A stretch of 64,000 nucleotides of DNA from the human T2T-CHM13v2.0 reference genome, Homo sapiens: NCBI RefSeq assembly GCF_009914755.1, contig NC_060942.1, one strand, 5' to 3'. Positions 13,975-27,701 of the stretch are shown piece after piece. The position numbers and the translations under genes are program-made. The notes under the pieces are model-generated. The model saw nothing but the letters and a program-made list of their open reading frames with translations. It searched no databases and had not been told where the DNA came from. Numbering within the stretch: the stretch's first letter is position 1; each line of letters opens with the position of its first letter.

Positions 13975-14969
13975 AAAACTTCCCAATATTAAAGCAGAGG
14001 TTATACACGAAAATGTCTGGAAGAGACAGGAAGGTAACAAATATGAGTGAAGTTGCCTTGGTTGAGTTTATGGGGAGCTGAGGTTCCCAAATAGAGGAAC
14101 AGTTGCTGCTCAGCTCTAACCATACTTGCCAGGTGTTTGGTTTTTAAAGAGAAGGAAGAAATCTAAATTTTTGTGAAACCACCCAATTGTTTGGACACTA
14201 AATAAGACTGAAATATAACTATAAACCTACAAATTACTATGTGTACCCAACAAAATCTGGTACCTAGGCAAAAAGGACAGCTGCATTGCATATAGTTTGC
14301 AGTCATAGTATGTCTGAACAAGGGATTATTCCCTAGGGAGAGAAAGAGTGTTGTCACCTACTTTGGGATGATGAGTTTTTCTTAGTGTCAGTGTAATCAT
14401 CAATGCCTAAATTTGTGAGGTGCTGAATTCCAGTTCCTGCTATTTCTTGTGCTTTTAACGATAAAAACAACAGAAACATCAAATGTCTTTTTAAACCCAT
14501 GAACAATTTCCTCACTTATCTCAGAACAAGTAAATAATATAAAATACTTGATAGGAGGAAATTTAGATTTAGGTTAAGTGAGACATTCTAAATCTTTCAA
14601 TATTTTTGTCTCTTCCTATAATGGGTTTCATATCTGACTTATTTTCTGGCTCTGGCTTTGTACACTTGTGAATTTTCACCTTAGTTGTGCAACTTTCTGC
14701 TTTATTAAGAAATAGTGAAGTCAAAACAAACTAGATACTGTAGCCTGCTTTTATTCTATTTCCTTCTTTACATGAACAGAATAGCCAAGTTTAGAGTAAG
14801 AGATTATGTCTTGTTCCTATGTTATATTTAAGGTGTTTCTGCTGTAAATGGAAACAATGCCTCTAAGATCCCATTCCTTATACCACATGATGCATCACAG
14901 TCCTCTTTACAGGAATGTGTAATAAAAACAGTTTCATTCTTTCTCAGCTCGAAGCCACACATTGCGAGA

Positions 14970-15365
14970 TGTATTCTTCAGCACTGGCTGTTGTAACAAA
15001 ATACCACACACTGAGTGGCTTAAACGACACATTTATTTTCTCCAGATTTGGAGGTAGAAGTTCAAGATTGAGGTGTTAGCAGGGCTGGTTTCTGGTGAGT
15101 TCTTTCTTCCTGGCGTGCAGAGGGCTGCCCACTTGCTATGTTCTCACGTGGCCTTTCCTCTGTGCCCTCGAGGAGAGACAGGGAGAGCTTTGGTGTTCTT
15201 TCCTCTTATTAAAAGGACACCAGTCCTATCAGATTATGGTTCCACCCTTATGACCTCATTTCACCATAATTACTTTCCTAAATGCTCTATCTCCAACTAT
15301 AGTCACATTAGGGGTTAGGATTTCAACACAGGAATTTTGTGAGGGACATATTTCAGTCCATAACA
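14970..15365 (-). mobile_element. MLT1A-like MaLR solo LTR
   Basis: gtaacaaaataccacacactgagtggcttaaac...ttcagtccataaca. Confidence 0.85.
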
Positions 15366-15512
15366 GCCACCTTGTAAACAGCTCCTCTTCAGGGAACCTC
15401 ATTCTTTTCTCCTGTGCTTCATAGAGTGAAAGGACCCTAATAATCTAATCATACAAATTGTACGCTGGAATCATATAGATGACTACATAAATAGCAGAGA
15501 CGCAGAAGCTAG

Positions 15513-15849
<337 letters not shown>

Positions 15850-17504
15850 TCTTACATTTTCTTCATATTGATAGGGAAAGCTTTTGAGTTTACTTCATGA
15901 AAATGAAAATAATTTTAAATGGCTAAAATATTATAATTCTTTAAATATCCATGTGTGTATCGAGAGAATGTGTTTCTAGCAATCTAATTCATATTCTGAA
16001 ATATAACTGCAGATTTCTTAATGTGTTTGTTTTTGAGGTTGTTACAATATAGAAAATGGCTTTCCAATTGGCAGAATAAAAAAAAAACACACTAAAAAAA
16101 ATAAATTCGTAAAATAGTTAACATTGTACACCTTCCTATTCTAAATGGCAGAATCCTCTTCACTAGACAGTAACAGAGCCTGTCACAAAGCCTTAGTACA
16201 TAGTCCTCAATAACTATAATGCTTTCTTTATATGACCACAAGCAAAACTCCCTGGACAGTAACCTTTGCTCAGGTGAATGCTTTTCTCTAGGTAACTGAT
16301 TACCCAGCTTCTGCATTCTCGTTTACTAAATCGTTCGTCATTTTTGCCTTTGCATATGTTGGGCTTTGGGCTAGATACTGAGTTCTCAGACATGTAATCT
16401 CTACCAATTCCAAGAGAGAAGGTATCTGATTTTATTCTGTGTGTCAGTTAATTTATCTCAAATGTTTAATTAGAGCAGCAGAAAACTAGAAACACTGAAG
16501 ATTTCCTAGACTTTTTGCAGGGCTTACTCCTCCCTGTGCTCAGATATCTTAAGCAACATAACCAGGAAGTCCCACTCAACCATGCAGATCTTCTATTATC
16601 TCTGCGCTGCCTAAGAACAGAGCAAAAAGTCTGGAGGAAGGAGGAGGAATGGACTGAGCACAGGTGTCAAAAACACCTCGTCAATCCCCTTCATTTCTAG
16701 TCAGAACTGTTTCCTTCACATTACCAATGGGACAGGGAAAGTGGTCTGCTTTCTACTTTCTGAAACAAGAATCATGGCTCAACAATATACCTGAAAATTA
16801 AGTTCTATCATGATGATTACTGATTATGCTTCCCTATACTTTCTAATCACCTTTCTTGACATCTTGGAACTTGCTTATAAGCTTATAATGGCTTATCTAG
16901 TCAATGGCGTTATATGGGTTTTAGTGTACCCCTGAAAGAGTGTGTGTAACTTAGTACAAAATACATATTTTTTTCCCTGTCATAGTAAATTCTTTAGTGG
17001 ATCTTATAGCTTATTTATTTTTTAAAAACTCCCTTGTTATACTTAATTTGGTCATATTACTTCTTCTGCTGAAACTTTATTTTAACTCAGGATTATATAG
17101 ACAAAGAATTTGAACTTTGTGGAGGTAAAATGGCACAGAGAAAGGGAGACAAGAACGAAAGCTTGGTGACAGGGCTAGCAGTGTGGTCTGAGTGAATCAG
17201 TCCTACAGGGCTGAGGCGGGCAAACCTTTGCATGTGTGTAGGATTCTGATTGACAGGGTTTCTTCACAGATGCTGCTGGTCCTTTTAAATCATGACTTAT
17301 TTTCTAAACAAGAGATTTCTTTTTCATGAAGTTCTGCTGACAAAGTTTCCATCGTTTTCCAATGAGACTAGGTGTTGTTTATGTGACTTCTATAAAAGCA
17401 GGCATGGGGTGTTCTGAAAAAAAACAAAACAAAAAACAAAAACCCCTACAGTTCCATGAGAAAATAAAGGAGCCAGAAAGCTTCCTGTGTGTACATGTCC
17501 CCTC

Positions 17505-17556
17505 AAAAACAAAAATACAGCAAAGCAAAACAAAACAAAACAAAACAAAACAAAAC
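17505..17556. repeat. (AAAAC)n simple repeat
   Basis: Direct read. Confidence 0.85.
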
Positions 17557-18223
17557 GAAGAAACAAACCCTTTTGCGGGTGCTTGATAAATGAAGCACTA
17601 TTTCAGTGTTCTAAGTTGCAGCTGAAGCATAAGTATAATTGAGTGGTTGGGTTTGCATGTTTAAAAAGTATAATCCATTGTCTCCCCACTTTTTTGACCA
17701 TTTAGGATGTTTAATATTTGAAACATAAAAATCACACTTAGGTGATTGAAATAGTGACATGAATTCTGAGTACACCTCTTTCTTTCTCAGCTTGTGGCAA
17801 GATAACTATAGGTAACACTTTCAGTGAAATGTAGGCCAAGAACGAAGGGTTTATGTGGTGGTGCAGAGGAGATGGGAGGTTCCTACTTGTTGAATAGTTC
17901 TTGTGGAACGAATGCTATGGAAATTCTGAGATGCTCAATGATATTTTTCTCCGAGGGTATAGTGTTCGGAAGCTATTTTCGTCTACTGTTTTTCTCTTTC
18001 AATTATATGCTCTGTACAAAATTTTCATTTTTTAACAAAAGTTCTGTTTGTAGCTAAATGGCATTATGCATAGTAGGAGTCAAAAGGTGACTGTACAAGC
18101 TATTTCTTCACAACTGATATGTCCCTGATATACAAAATGACTAATAATTGGAATCCAGGGAGTACATTTATATAGATATTTATCATGTGGAAGGTGAGGT
18201 GAAATAGTATTGTTGAAGGTGGT

Positions 18224-18590
18224 TGCTGTGGCTTGAATGTCTATGTCCGTCCCCAAATGCATGCACTGAAACCTCCTCATCAATGTCATAATATTAGAAG
18301 GTGAAGCCTTTGGGAGGAGATTAGGTCATGAGGACAGGGCTGTCATCACTAGGATTAGTGCTCTTATAAAAGAGACCCCAGAAAGCTGCCTTGTCCCCTT
18401 CCATCATGTGAGGACACAGTAAGAAGGTGTCATCTGTGAAGCAGGAAATGGGCCTTCACCAGATGCTACATCTGCCATCATCTTGGTATTGTACTTCCCA
18501 GCCTTCAGAACCATGAGAAATAAAACCTTGTAGTTGACATGCAACCCAGTCTATAGTTTTTTGTTATAGTAACTTAAATGGATTAATACA
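18224..18590 (+). mobile_element. MLT1A-like MaLR solo LTR
   Basis: tgctgtggcttgaatgtc...cctttgggaggagattaggtcatgagg...ggattaataca. Confidence 0.85.
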
Positions 18591-18620
18591 GTGTTCAACA
18601 TGTAAACAATACATGGTTTC

Positions 18621-19049
<429 letters not shown>

Positions 19050-19142
19050 TGACAACATTTCCGTCATCCTGAAGCTTTCCTTTAGGATGTCAAATCAAGC
19101 TTTCATGCACTCCTATGAAATAATTGGAGGTTTGCTGAACAG

Positions 19143-19146
<4 letters not shown>

Positions 19147-19186
<40 letters not shown>

Positions 19187-19473
19187 AGACAGAGTCTAAC
19201 TCAATCTGTTGCCCAGGCTGGAGTGTAGTGGTGTGATCTCCTCTCAGTATAACCTCTGCCTTCCGGGTTCAAGCAATTTTCTTGCCTCAGCCTCCTGAGT
19301 AGCTGGGATTACAGGCATGTGTCACCACGTCCAGCTAATTTTTTTGTATTTTTACTAGAGATGGGGTTTCACCATGCTGGCCAGGCTGGTATCAAATTCC
19401 TTACCTCAAGTGATCTGCCTGCCTTGGCCTCTCAAAGTGCTGGGATTACAAGTTTGAGCCACCACGCCCGAGC
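19147..19473 (-). mobile_element. AluS with a ~39-nt pure poly(T)
   Basis: Antisense Alu; near-TSD tgaacaggttctt/tgagctggttctt. Confidence 0.95.
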
Positions 19474-20132
19474 TTGAGCTGGTTCTTCTTTGAGTTAGGT
19501 ATAAGACAGAGAGAGATAAAAAGTATCAAGAGGGTTGAAGTGTAGCAAAAGCCCTTCCTAATTTCAAATAGCCTGAGATATTTCATTGCCACATCAAGTA
19601 AGTGTTTAGTATGCTCCTTGTCCTCAATACTAAATCCCTCTGGTTGGAAAATCTAGAAAAATGCTTTCCTTGTGGTTCTGGCTTATGTTTCAGACAAGCT
19701 AATAGTTTCACACATTTCAATTTTCATGAAGAAGAACAGGGGGTTGCCATGCATGTTTATAAATTGTTATTTGTAAACTAAAAGAAATAACAAATAGTTG
19801 TGGGTGAACAAAATAGATGTTCTGGGGCTCCAGGGTGTGGGGCTAGGACTCATTTTGGAAGCAGAGGGTTTCTAGGTAGCAAAATAAATTAGGATTGTTT
19901 TTTAAAAATTAAAATTTAATTTTTTTATTTCCATACGTTTTTGGGGAACAGGTGGTGTTTGGTTAACATGAATAAGTTCTTTAGTCGCAATTTCTGAGAT
20001 TTTGGTTCATCCATCACCAGACAGTACACACTGTACCCAATTTGCAGTCTTTTATACCTCACCTCCCCCACCCTTTCCCCCCAAGTCCTCAAAGTCTATT
20101 GTATCATTCTTATGCCTTTGCATCCTCATAGT

Positions 20133-20297
20133 TTAGCTCCCACTTATGAGTGAGAAAATAGAATGTTTGGTTTTCCATTCCTGAGTTACTTCACTCAGAA
20201 TAATGGTTTCCAATTCCATCCAGGTCTCTGTGAATGCCATTATTTTATTCTTTTTTATGACTGAGTAGTATTCCATGGTGTGTGTGTATATGTGTGT

Positions 20298-20357
<60 letters not shown>

Positions 20358-23300
20358 CTCACAATTTATCCACTCATTGATTGATGGGCACTTGGGCTGG
20401 TTGCATATTTTTCCAGTTACAAATTGAGCTGCTGTAAACATGTGTGTACAAGTATCTTTTTCATATAATGATTTCTTTTCCTCTGGGTAGAAACCCAGCA
20501 GTGGGATTGCTGGATCAAATGGTAGTTCTACTTTTAGTTCTTTAAGGAATCTCCACACTGTTTTCCATAGTGGTGGTACTAGTTTACATTCCCACCAGCA
20601 GTGTAGAAGTGTTCCCTTTTCACCACATCCCTGTCAACATCTGTTATTTTTTGATGTTTTGATGATGGCCATTCTCACAGGAGTAAGGTGGTATCTCATT
20701 GTAGTTTCAATTTGCATTTCCCTGACCATTAGTGATGTTGAGCATTTTTCATATGTTTTTGCCATTTGTGTATCTTCTTTTGAGAATTGTCTATTCATGT
20801 CCTTAGCCCACTTTTTGATGGGATTATGTGTTTTTTTTCTCGCCAATTTGCTTGAGTTCCTTGTAGATGCTAGATATTAGTCTGTTTTTAAATGTATAGA
20901 TTGTGAAGATTTTTTTCCCACTCTGTGGGTTGTCTGTTTACTTTGCTGATTATTTCTTTTGCTGTGCAGAAGCTTTTTAGTTTAATTATGTCCCATCTAT
21001 TTATCTTGGTTACTGTTGCATTTGCTTTTGGGTTCCTGGTCATGAAGTCTTTGCCTAAGCCAATATCTAGGAGGGTGTCTCCAATATTACCTTCTAGAAT
21101 TCTTACGGTTTCCAATATTACCTTCTAGAATTCTTACGGTTTCAGGTCTCAAATTTAAGTCTTTGATCCATCTTGAGATTTTTATATAAGATGAGAGAAG
21201 AGGATCCAGTTTCATTGTTCTATGTGTGGCTTGCCAATTAGTCCAGTACCATTTGTTGAATCGGGTGTCCTTTCTTCACTTTATGTTTTTGTTTGCTTTG
21301 TCAAAGATCAGTTGACTGTAAGTATTTGGCTTTATTTCTGGGTTCTCTGTTCTGTTCTATTGGTCTATATGTCTGTTTTTATACCAGTACCATGCTGTTT
21401 TGGTGACTAGGGCCTTACAGCATAGTTTCAAGTCGAGTAATGTAATGACTCCAGATTTGTTCTTTTTGCTTAGTCTAGCCTTGGCTATACAGGCTCTTTT
21501 TTGGTTCCATATGAACTTTAGGGTTGTTTTTTCTAGTTCTGTGAAGAATGATGGTATTTTGATGGGAATTGCATTGAATCTGTAGATTGTTTTTGGCAGT
21601 ATGGTCATTTTCACAATATTGATTCTACCCATCCATGAGCATGAAGTGTGTTTCCATTTGTTTGTGTCGTCTATGGTTTCTTTCAGCAGCATTTTGTGGT
21701 TTTCCTTGTAGAGGTCTTTCACCTCCTTGGTTAGGTATATTTCTAAGTCTTTTATTTTATTTTTTTGCTGCTATTGTAAAAGAGGTTGAGTTCTTGATTA
21801 TCAGCCTGGTCACTGTTGGTGTATAGCAGAGCTACTGATTTGTGTTCATTGATTTTGTATCCTGAAACTTTGCTGAATTCATTTATCGGTTCTAGAAACT
21901 TTCTGGAGGAGTTGTTAGAGTTTTCTAGGTATACAATCATATCATTAGCAAACAGTGACAGTTTGACTTCCTCTTTACTGATTAAGATGCCCTTTATTTC
22001 TTTCTCTTGTCTGATTGCTCTGGCTAGGACTTCCAGTACTATGTTGAATCGAAGTCGTGAGAGTGAGCATCCTTGTCTTGTTCTAGTTCTCAGGGGGAAT
22101 GCTTTCAACTTTTTCCCATTCAATATTATGTTGGCTGTGGGTTTGTCATAATAGCTTTTATTACATTAAGCTATGTCCCTTTTATGCTAGTTTTGCTGAT
22201 GGTTTTAATCATAAAGGGATGCTGGATTTTGTCAAATGCTTTTTCTGTGGCTATTGAGATGATTGTGGGATTTTTGTTTTTAATTCTGTTTATGTGATGT
22301 ATCACATTTATTGACTTGCGTATATTGAACCATCCCTGCATCCCTGGTATGGAACCCACTTGAACATGATGGATTATATTTTTGATATGCTGTTGGATTT
22401 GGTTAGCTAGTATTTTGTTGAGGATTTTTGCATGTATATTTATCACGGACATTGGTTTGTAGTTTTCTTTTTTTGTTATGTCCTTTCTTGGTTTTGGTGG
22501 TAGGGTGATACTGGCTTTATGAGGCCAGAAGGATTTAGGGAGGATTTCCTCTTTATCTTGTGGAATAGTGTCAATAGGATTGGTACCAATTCTTCTTTGA
22601 ATGTCTGATAGAATTCAGCTGTGAATCTGTCTGCTTCTGGACTTTTTTTGGTGGCAATTTTTAAATTACCATTTCAATCTTGTTGCTTGTTATTGGTCTA
22701 TTCAAAGTTTCTATTTCTTCCTTGTTTAATCTAGGAAGGTTGTAGAGTTCCAGGAATTTATCATCTCCTAGGTTTTCTAGTTTATGCACATAAAGATGTT
22801 CATAGTAGCCATGAATGATGTTTTGTATATCTGTGGTACCGATCCTAATATCTCCCATTTTGTTTCTAATTGAGCTTATTTGGATCATCTTTCTTTTTTG
22901 ATTGGTAATCTTGCTAATAGTCTATCAATGTTATTTATCTTTTCAAAGAACCAGCTTTTAGTTTTATCTTTTGTATTTGTATTTTTTTTGTTTCAATTTC
23001 ATTTAGTTCTACTCTGATCTTGGTTATTTCCTTTCTTCTGCTGGGTTTGGGTTTGGTTTGTTCCTTTTTCTCTAGTTCCTTGAGGTGTGACCTTAGATTG
23101 TCTATTTGCTTTTTCAGACTTTTTGGTGTAAGTATTTAAGGCTATGAACTTTCCTCTTAGCACCACCTTTGCTGTATCCTAGAGGTTTTGATAGGTTGTA
23201 TTACTAGTACTGTTCAGTTCAAAGAATATTTTAATTTCCATCTTGATTTCATTGCTGACTGAGAGATGATTCAAGAGCAGGCTATTTAATTTCCACGTAT

Positions 23301-23960
23301 TGTCATGGTTTTGAGGGTTCCTTTTGGGGTTGATTTCCAATTTTATTCCACTGTTGTCTGAAAGAGTACTTGATATAATTTCAGTTTTCTTAAATTTCTT
23401 GAGACTTGTTTTGTGGCGTATCATATGGTCTGTCTTGGACAATGTTCCATGTGGTGATGAATAGAATGAGTATTCTGCAGTTGTTGGGTAGAAAGTTCTG
23501 TTAATATCTGTTAAGTCCATTGGTTTCGGAGTATAGTTTAAGTCCATTGTTTTTTGGTTGACTTTCTGTCTTGATGACCTGTCTAGTGCTGTCAGTGGAG
23601 TATTGAAGTCCCCCACTATTATTGCATTGCTGTCTATCTCATTTCTTAGGTCTAGTAGTATTCGTTTTATAAATTTGGGTGCTCCAGTGTTAGGTGCATA
23701 TATATGGATGATTGTGATATTTTCCTGCTGGACTAGTCCTTTTATCATTATATAATGTCCCTTTTTGTCTTTTTTTAACTGCTGTTGCTTTAAAGTTTTT
23801 TTTTTCTGATATAAAAATAACTACTCCTGCTAGCTTTTGGTGTGCATTTGCATAGAATATTCTTTTCCACCCCTTTACCTTAAGTTTTTGTGAGTCCTTA
23901 TGTGTTAGGTGAGTCTTTGAAGACAGCAGATACTTGGTTGGTGAATTCTTATCCATGCTG
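20133..23960 (-). pseudogene. Disrupted L1 ORF2 (endonuclease/reverse transcriptase)
   Basis: IYAPNTGAP and GDFNTPL (EN), RQGCSLS and LFANDMIVY (RT) spread over many frames with stops. Confidence 0.92.
20279..20354. repeat. (TG)n(TA)n microsatellite inside the L1
   Basis: Direct read. Confidence 0.95.
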
Positions 23961-24077
23961 CCATTCTGTATCTTTAAAGTGGAGCATTTAGGCCACTTAC
24001 ATTCAATGTTAGTATTGCAGTGTGAGGTCCTATTCTATTCATCATGATATTTGTTGCCTGAATACCTTGTTTTCTTT

Positions 24078-24342
24078 CTTTTTTTTTTTTTCTTTTTTAA
24101 GAGACGGAGTCTTGCTCTGTTGTCCAGGCTGGAGTGCAGTAGTGCAACCTCTGCTCACTGCAACCTCCGTCTCCCAGGTTCTAGCAATTCTCCTGCCTTA
24201 CAGGCTCACACTGCCATGCCTGGCTAAGTTTTTGCATTTTAGTAGAGATGGGGTTTCACTGTGAACTCCTGAGCTCAGGCAGTCCACCCGCCCTGGGCTC
24301 CCAAAGTGCTAGGATTACAGGCATGAGCCACTGTGCCTGGCC
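24078..24342 (-). mobile_element. AluS inserted in the L1PB, with two internal deletions
   Basis: TSD cttgttttcttt (24066-24077/24343-24354). Confidence 0.92.
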
Positions 24343-26197
24343 CTTGTTTTCTTTTTATTTATTGTATTTTTATTTCATAGGTCCTTTGAGATTTATGCTT
24401 TAAGGAGGTTCTATTTTGATGTATTTCAAGGATTTGTATCAAGATTTAGAGCTCCTTTTAGCAGTTCTCATAGTGCTGGCTTTGATAGTGGTGAATTTTC
24501 TCAACACTTGTTTATCTGAAAAAGACTATTTTTCCTTCATTTATGAAGCTTAGTTTTGCTGGATACAAAATTCTTGGCTGATAATTGTTTTGTTTAAGGA
24601 GGCTGAAGATAGGGCCCTACTCCCTTCCAGCTTGTAGGGTTTCTGCTGAGAAATCTGCTGTTAATATGATAGGTTTTCCTTTATAGGTTACCTGGTGCTT
24701 TTGCCTCACAGCTCTTAAGACTGTTTCCTTCATATTAACTTTAGATAACCTGATGACAATGTGCCTGGGCGATGATCTTTTTGTGATAAATTTCCCAGGT
24801 GTTCTTTGAGCTTCTTATATTTGGATGTCTAGATTTCTAGCAAGGCTGGGAAAGTTTTCCTTGATTATTCCCTCAAATATGTTTTCTAAACTTTTAGATT
24901 TCTCTTCTTCCTCGAGAACACTAATTATTCTTAGGTTTGGTCATTTAACGTAATCCCAAAGTTCTGGGAGACTTTGTTTATTTTTTTTTAATTCTTTTGT
25001 ATTTGTTTTTGTCAGATTGGATTAATTTGAAAACTTTGTCTTTAAGCTCTGAAATTCTTTCTTCTGCTTGTTCGATTCTATTGCTGAGACTTTCCAGTGC
25101 ATTCTGCATTTCTCTAAGTGTGTTCTTTATTTCCAGAAGTTGTGATTCTTTATTTATGCTATCTATTTCACTGCGATTTTTCCCTTCATATCTTGTATCA
25201 TTTTAAATTTCATTAAGTTGGACTTCACCTTTCTCTGGTGCCTCCTTGATTAGCTTAATAATCGATCTTCTGAATTCTTTTCCTGGCAATTCAGGGATTT
25301 CTTCTTGGTTTGGATCCATTGCTGGTGAGCTAATGTGATCTTTTGGGGGTGTTAAATAACCTTATTTTGTCATATTACCAGGTTTTTTTTTCTGGCTCCT
25401 TCTCATTGGGTAGACTATGTCACAGGGAAGATCTGGGCTTCAAGCGCTGCTATTCAGATTCTTTTGTCCCATGGGGTGCTCCCTTGATGTCATGCTCTCA
25501 CCCTTTTCTTGGAGATGTGGCTTCCTGAGAGTCAAACTGTAGTGATCATTATTTCTCTTCTGGATATAGCCGCCCAGTGGAGCTAACTAAACTCTGGGCT
25601 GGTACTGCGGGGAGTGTCTGCACAGAGTCCTATGATGTGAACCTTCTTCAGGTCTCTCAACCATGGATGGCAGCACCTGCTCTGGTGGAGGCGGCAGGAG
25701 AGTGAAATGGACTTGGTGAGCATCTTTAGTTATATTTTTGTTTATTGCACTAGCTTTGTGCTGGTTGACCTCCTTACTGAAGGTGGCACTTTCAAGAGAG
25801 CATCAGCTGTGGTAGTATAGAGATGATCAGGTGGTGGGTGGGGCCCTAGAGCTCCCAAGAGAGTATGTCCTTTGTCTTTGGCTACCAGGGCTGGTAGAGA
25901 AAGATCATCAGGTGGGGGTGGGGTTAGGAATATTTGAGCAGGTGCTGTGGGAGTACAGCTGCTGTAGGGGATGGTGGTGTGGGTCTCAGGCCAATAGAGT
26001 TCTATTTCCTGGGGGATTATGGCTGCTTCTGCTGTGTCATGCAGGTCACCAGGGAAGTGGGGTAAAGACAGTAGTTACAGTCCTCACTCAGCTCCCACAC
26101 AGCCCGAAAGGCCGGTCTCACTCCCACTGTGCCCTGCCCTAATATCACCGTTTGTTTCTAGGCAGCGGGTGAGCAGGACTGAGAATTTTGCCCAGGC

Positions 26198-26416
26198 TGG
26201 TAGCACTAGTTGAGGTCCAGTGACAAGAAAGGGAATGAAAGATCTTGAAACACAATTTCCTAGAGAAAAGCATGAGTCAAGGTTTGGGACTCAAATTCAA
26301 GGGATGGACCTAAGAGTTCAAAGTGTGATGTTGTTCCAATACAACTGATGCTAGAAAGTTCTCTCATTTCAGCCACCTTAGCACAGTGGCTGGACCATTA
26401 GCTGAGCATGAGAGTA
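26198..26416 (+). repeat. 219-bp dispersed duplication, copy inside the L1 5'UTR
   Basis: Identical to 27483-27701 except T26296/C27581. Confidence 0.95.
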
Positions 26417-27482
26417 AGAAAGCAAGCAGGGCTTTCAGATTTTGTGCCTCACTTCTGTGCTGTGTCTGGATTCACCCCCTCCTCCAAGTTCTGTTCAGGA
26501 AACTTCCCATTTGGTTGAGATTGTTGCAAAGTTCAGCTGGAAGTTTCCTCCTCCCTGTGGTCTTTTCCCAGTTCTTCTGGCAGCCCTCCCCAAGGACTTC
26601 TGTGAGACAAAGTCAGAAATGGTTTCCCTGGGGACTGAGAGAGCCCACCAGGCTCTTCCTGCTTTTTCTTCTACCCCTGTATTGCAGCTGGCTCTCTAAA
26701 ATTGTCTCAGCTCCAGGCAAGGTCAAATTCTTCTCCCGTGATCTGGACCTTCAGGTTCCCCAGTGAGGGTGTGTGTTCAGGGGTGGGCAATCCCCTTTCA
26801 CACTTTCACACTTTGGGCACTTGCAGTGTTTGGTCGTCTCCTGTGGTCTGCAGGAGCAATCTGCTTTCTTCAAAGGGCCTCTGGACTTTCTCAGCTTTCC
26901 TGGTATGTTTCTACAGCAGTTCTCAGAGCAAAAGTTCATGATGTGAGTCTCCACACATTGATCTTTATGTCCAAGTGAGAGCTGCGATTTAGTCCTGCCT
27001 CCTATCTGCTATTTTCCTAACCTCTGCTCTGAAATCAGAATTCTTAGCTTCTCAGTTGGAATACATTATTATTCTGTCTGGGCTATTTATATGACTGTAC
27101 ATATGCATGTAGTAGGCTCCTAAGCCTTTCCCATAGTTTTTTAAAACCTTGTAACATGTACAAACATTTACTTCTTTCACTCTGTGATTATGTATTGGGG
27201 AAAGGAGGGACGTTTGTCCTTGGTTGTTACTTAGACACACCTCTTGGTTTTGCAAAAGCTGGCAGGCTAGCAGCCATTTTTCTGGGATTTGGTGCAACCA
27301 ACACCTCTCATGACTTTATTGGAGTGCATTTTGTGGAGACCTCTAATGTATGAAGCTGTGGTGGTGGCTGGTAGCAGGAGGGTGGGAATGGATCAGTTTA
27401 CACTAGGAAATCATATTCTTTAGAGAGTTCAGTTACCACAGCTCTTCCCAAGACCAGCTAGGAGATTTGTGGATGTGTATTA

Positions 27483-27701
27483 TGGTAGCACTAGTTGAGG
27501 TCCAGTGACAAGAAAGGGAATGAAAGATCTTGAAACACAATTTCCTAGAGAAAAGCATGAGTCAAGGTTTGGGACTCAAACTCAAGGGATGGACCTAAGA
27601 GTTCAAAGTGTGATGTTGTTCCAATACAACTGATGCTAGAAAGTTCTCTCATTTCAGCCACCTTAGCACAGTGGCTGGACCATTAGCTGAGCATGAGAGT
27701 A
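27483..27701 (+). repeat. 219-bp dispersed duplication, probable donor copy
   Basis: Identical to 26198-26416 except one base; lies in non-L1 flank. Confidence 0.95.

Larger units (their letters stand above)
19900..27020 (-). mobile_element. Full-length, inactive L1PB (L1PB1-like)
   Basis: 3' end tttttggggaacaggtggtgtttgg; fragmented ORF2 (EN, RT, C-term); ORF1 region ~24.4-25.4 kb; 5'UTR ending gtcctgcctcctatctgctattttcc. Confidence 0.93.

Noticed and set aside
25831-26978. ORFs of 64-126 aa antisense to the L1 5'UTR as ORF0-like
   Set aside because: ORF0 is described for younger L1PA 5'UTRs. These frames show no ORF0 similarity I can recognise, and one starts inside the duplicated insert.
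19885-27047. TSD of the full-length L1PB (aaattaggattgtt vs aaatcagaattctt)
   Set aside because: Only 11/14 matches in AT-rich DNA; plausible but not supportable
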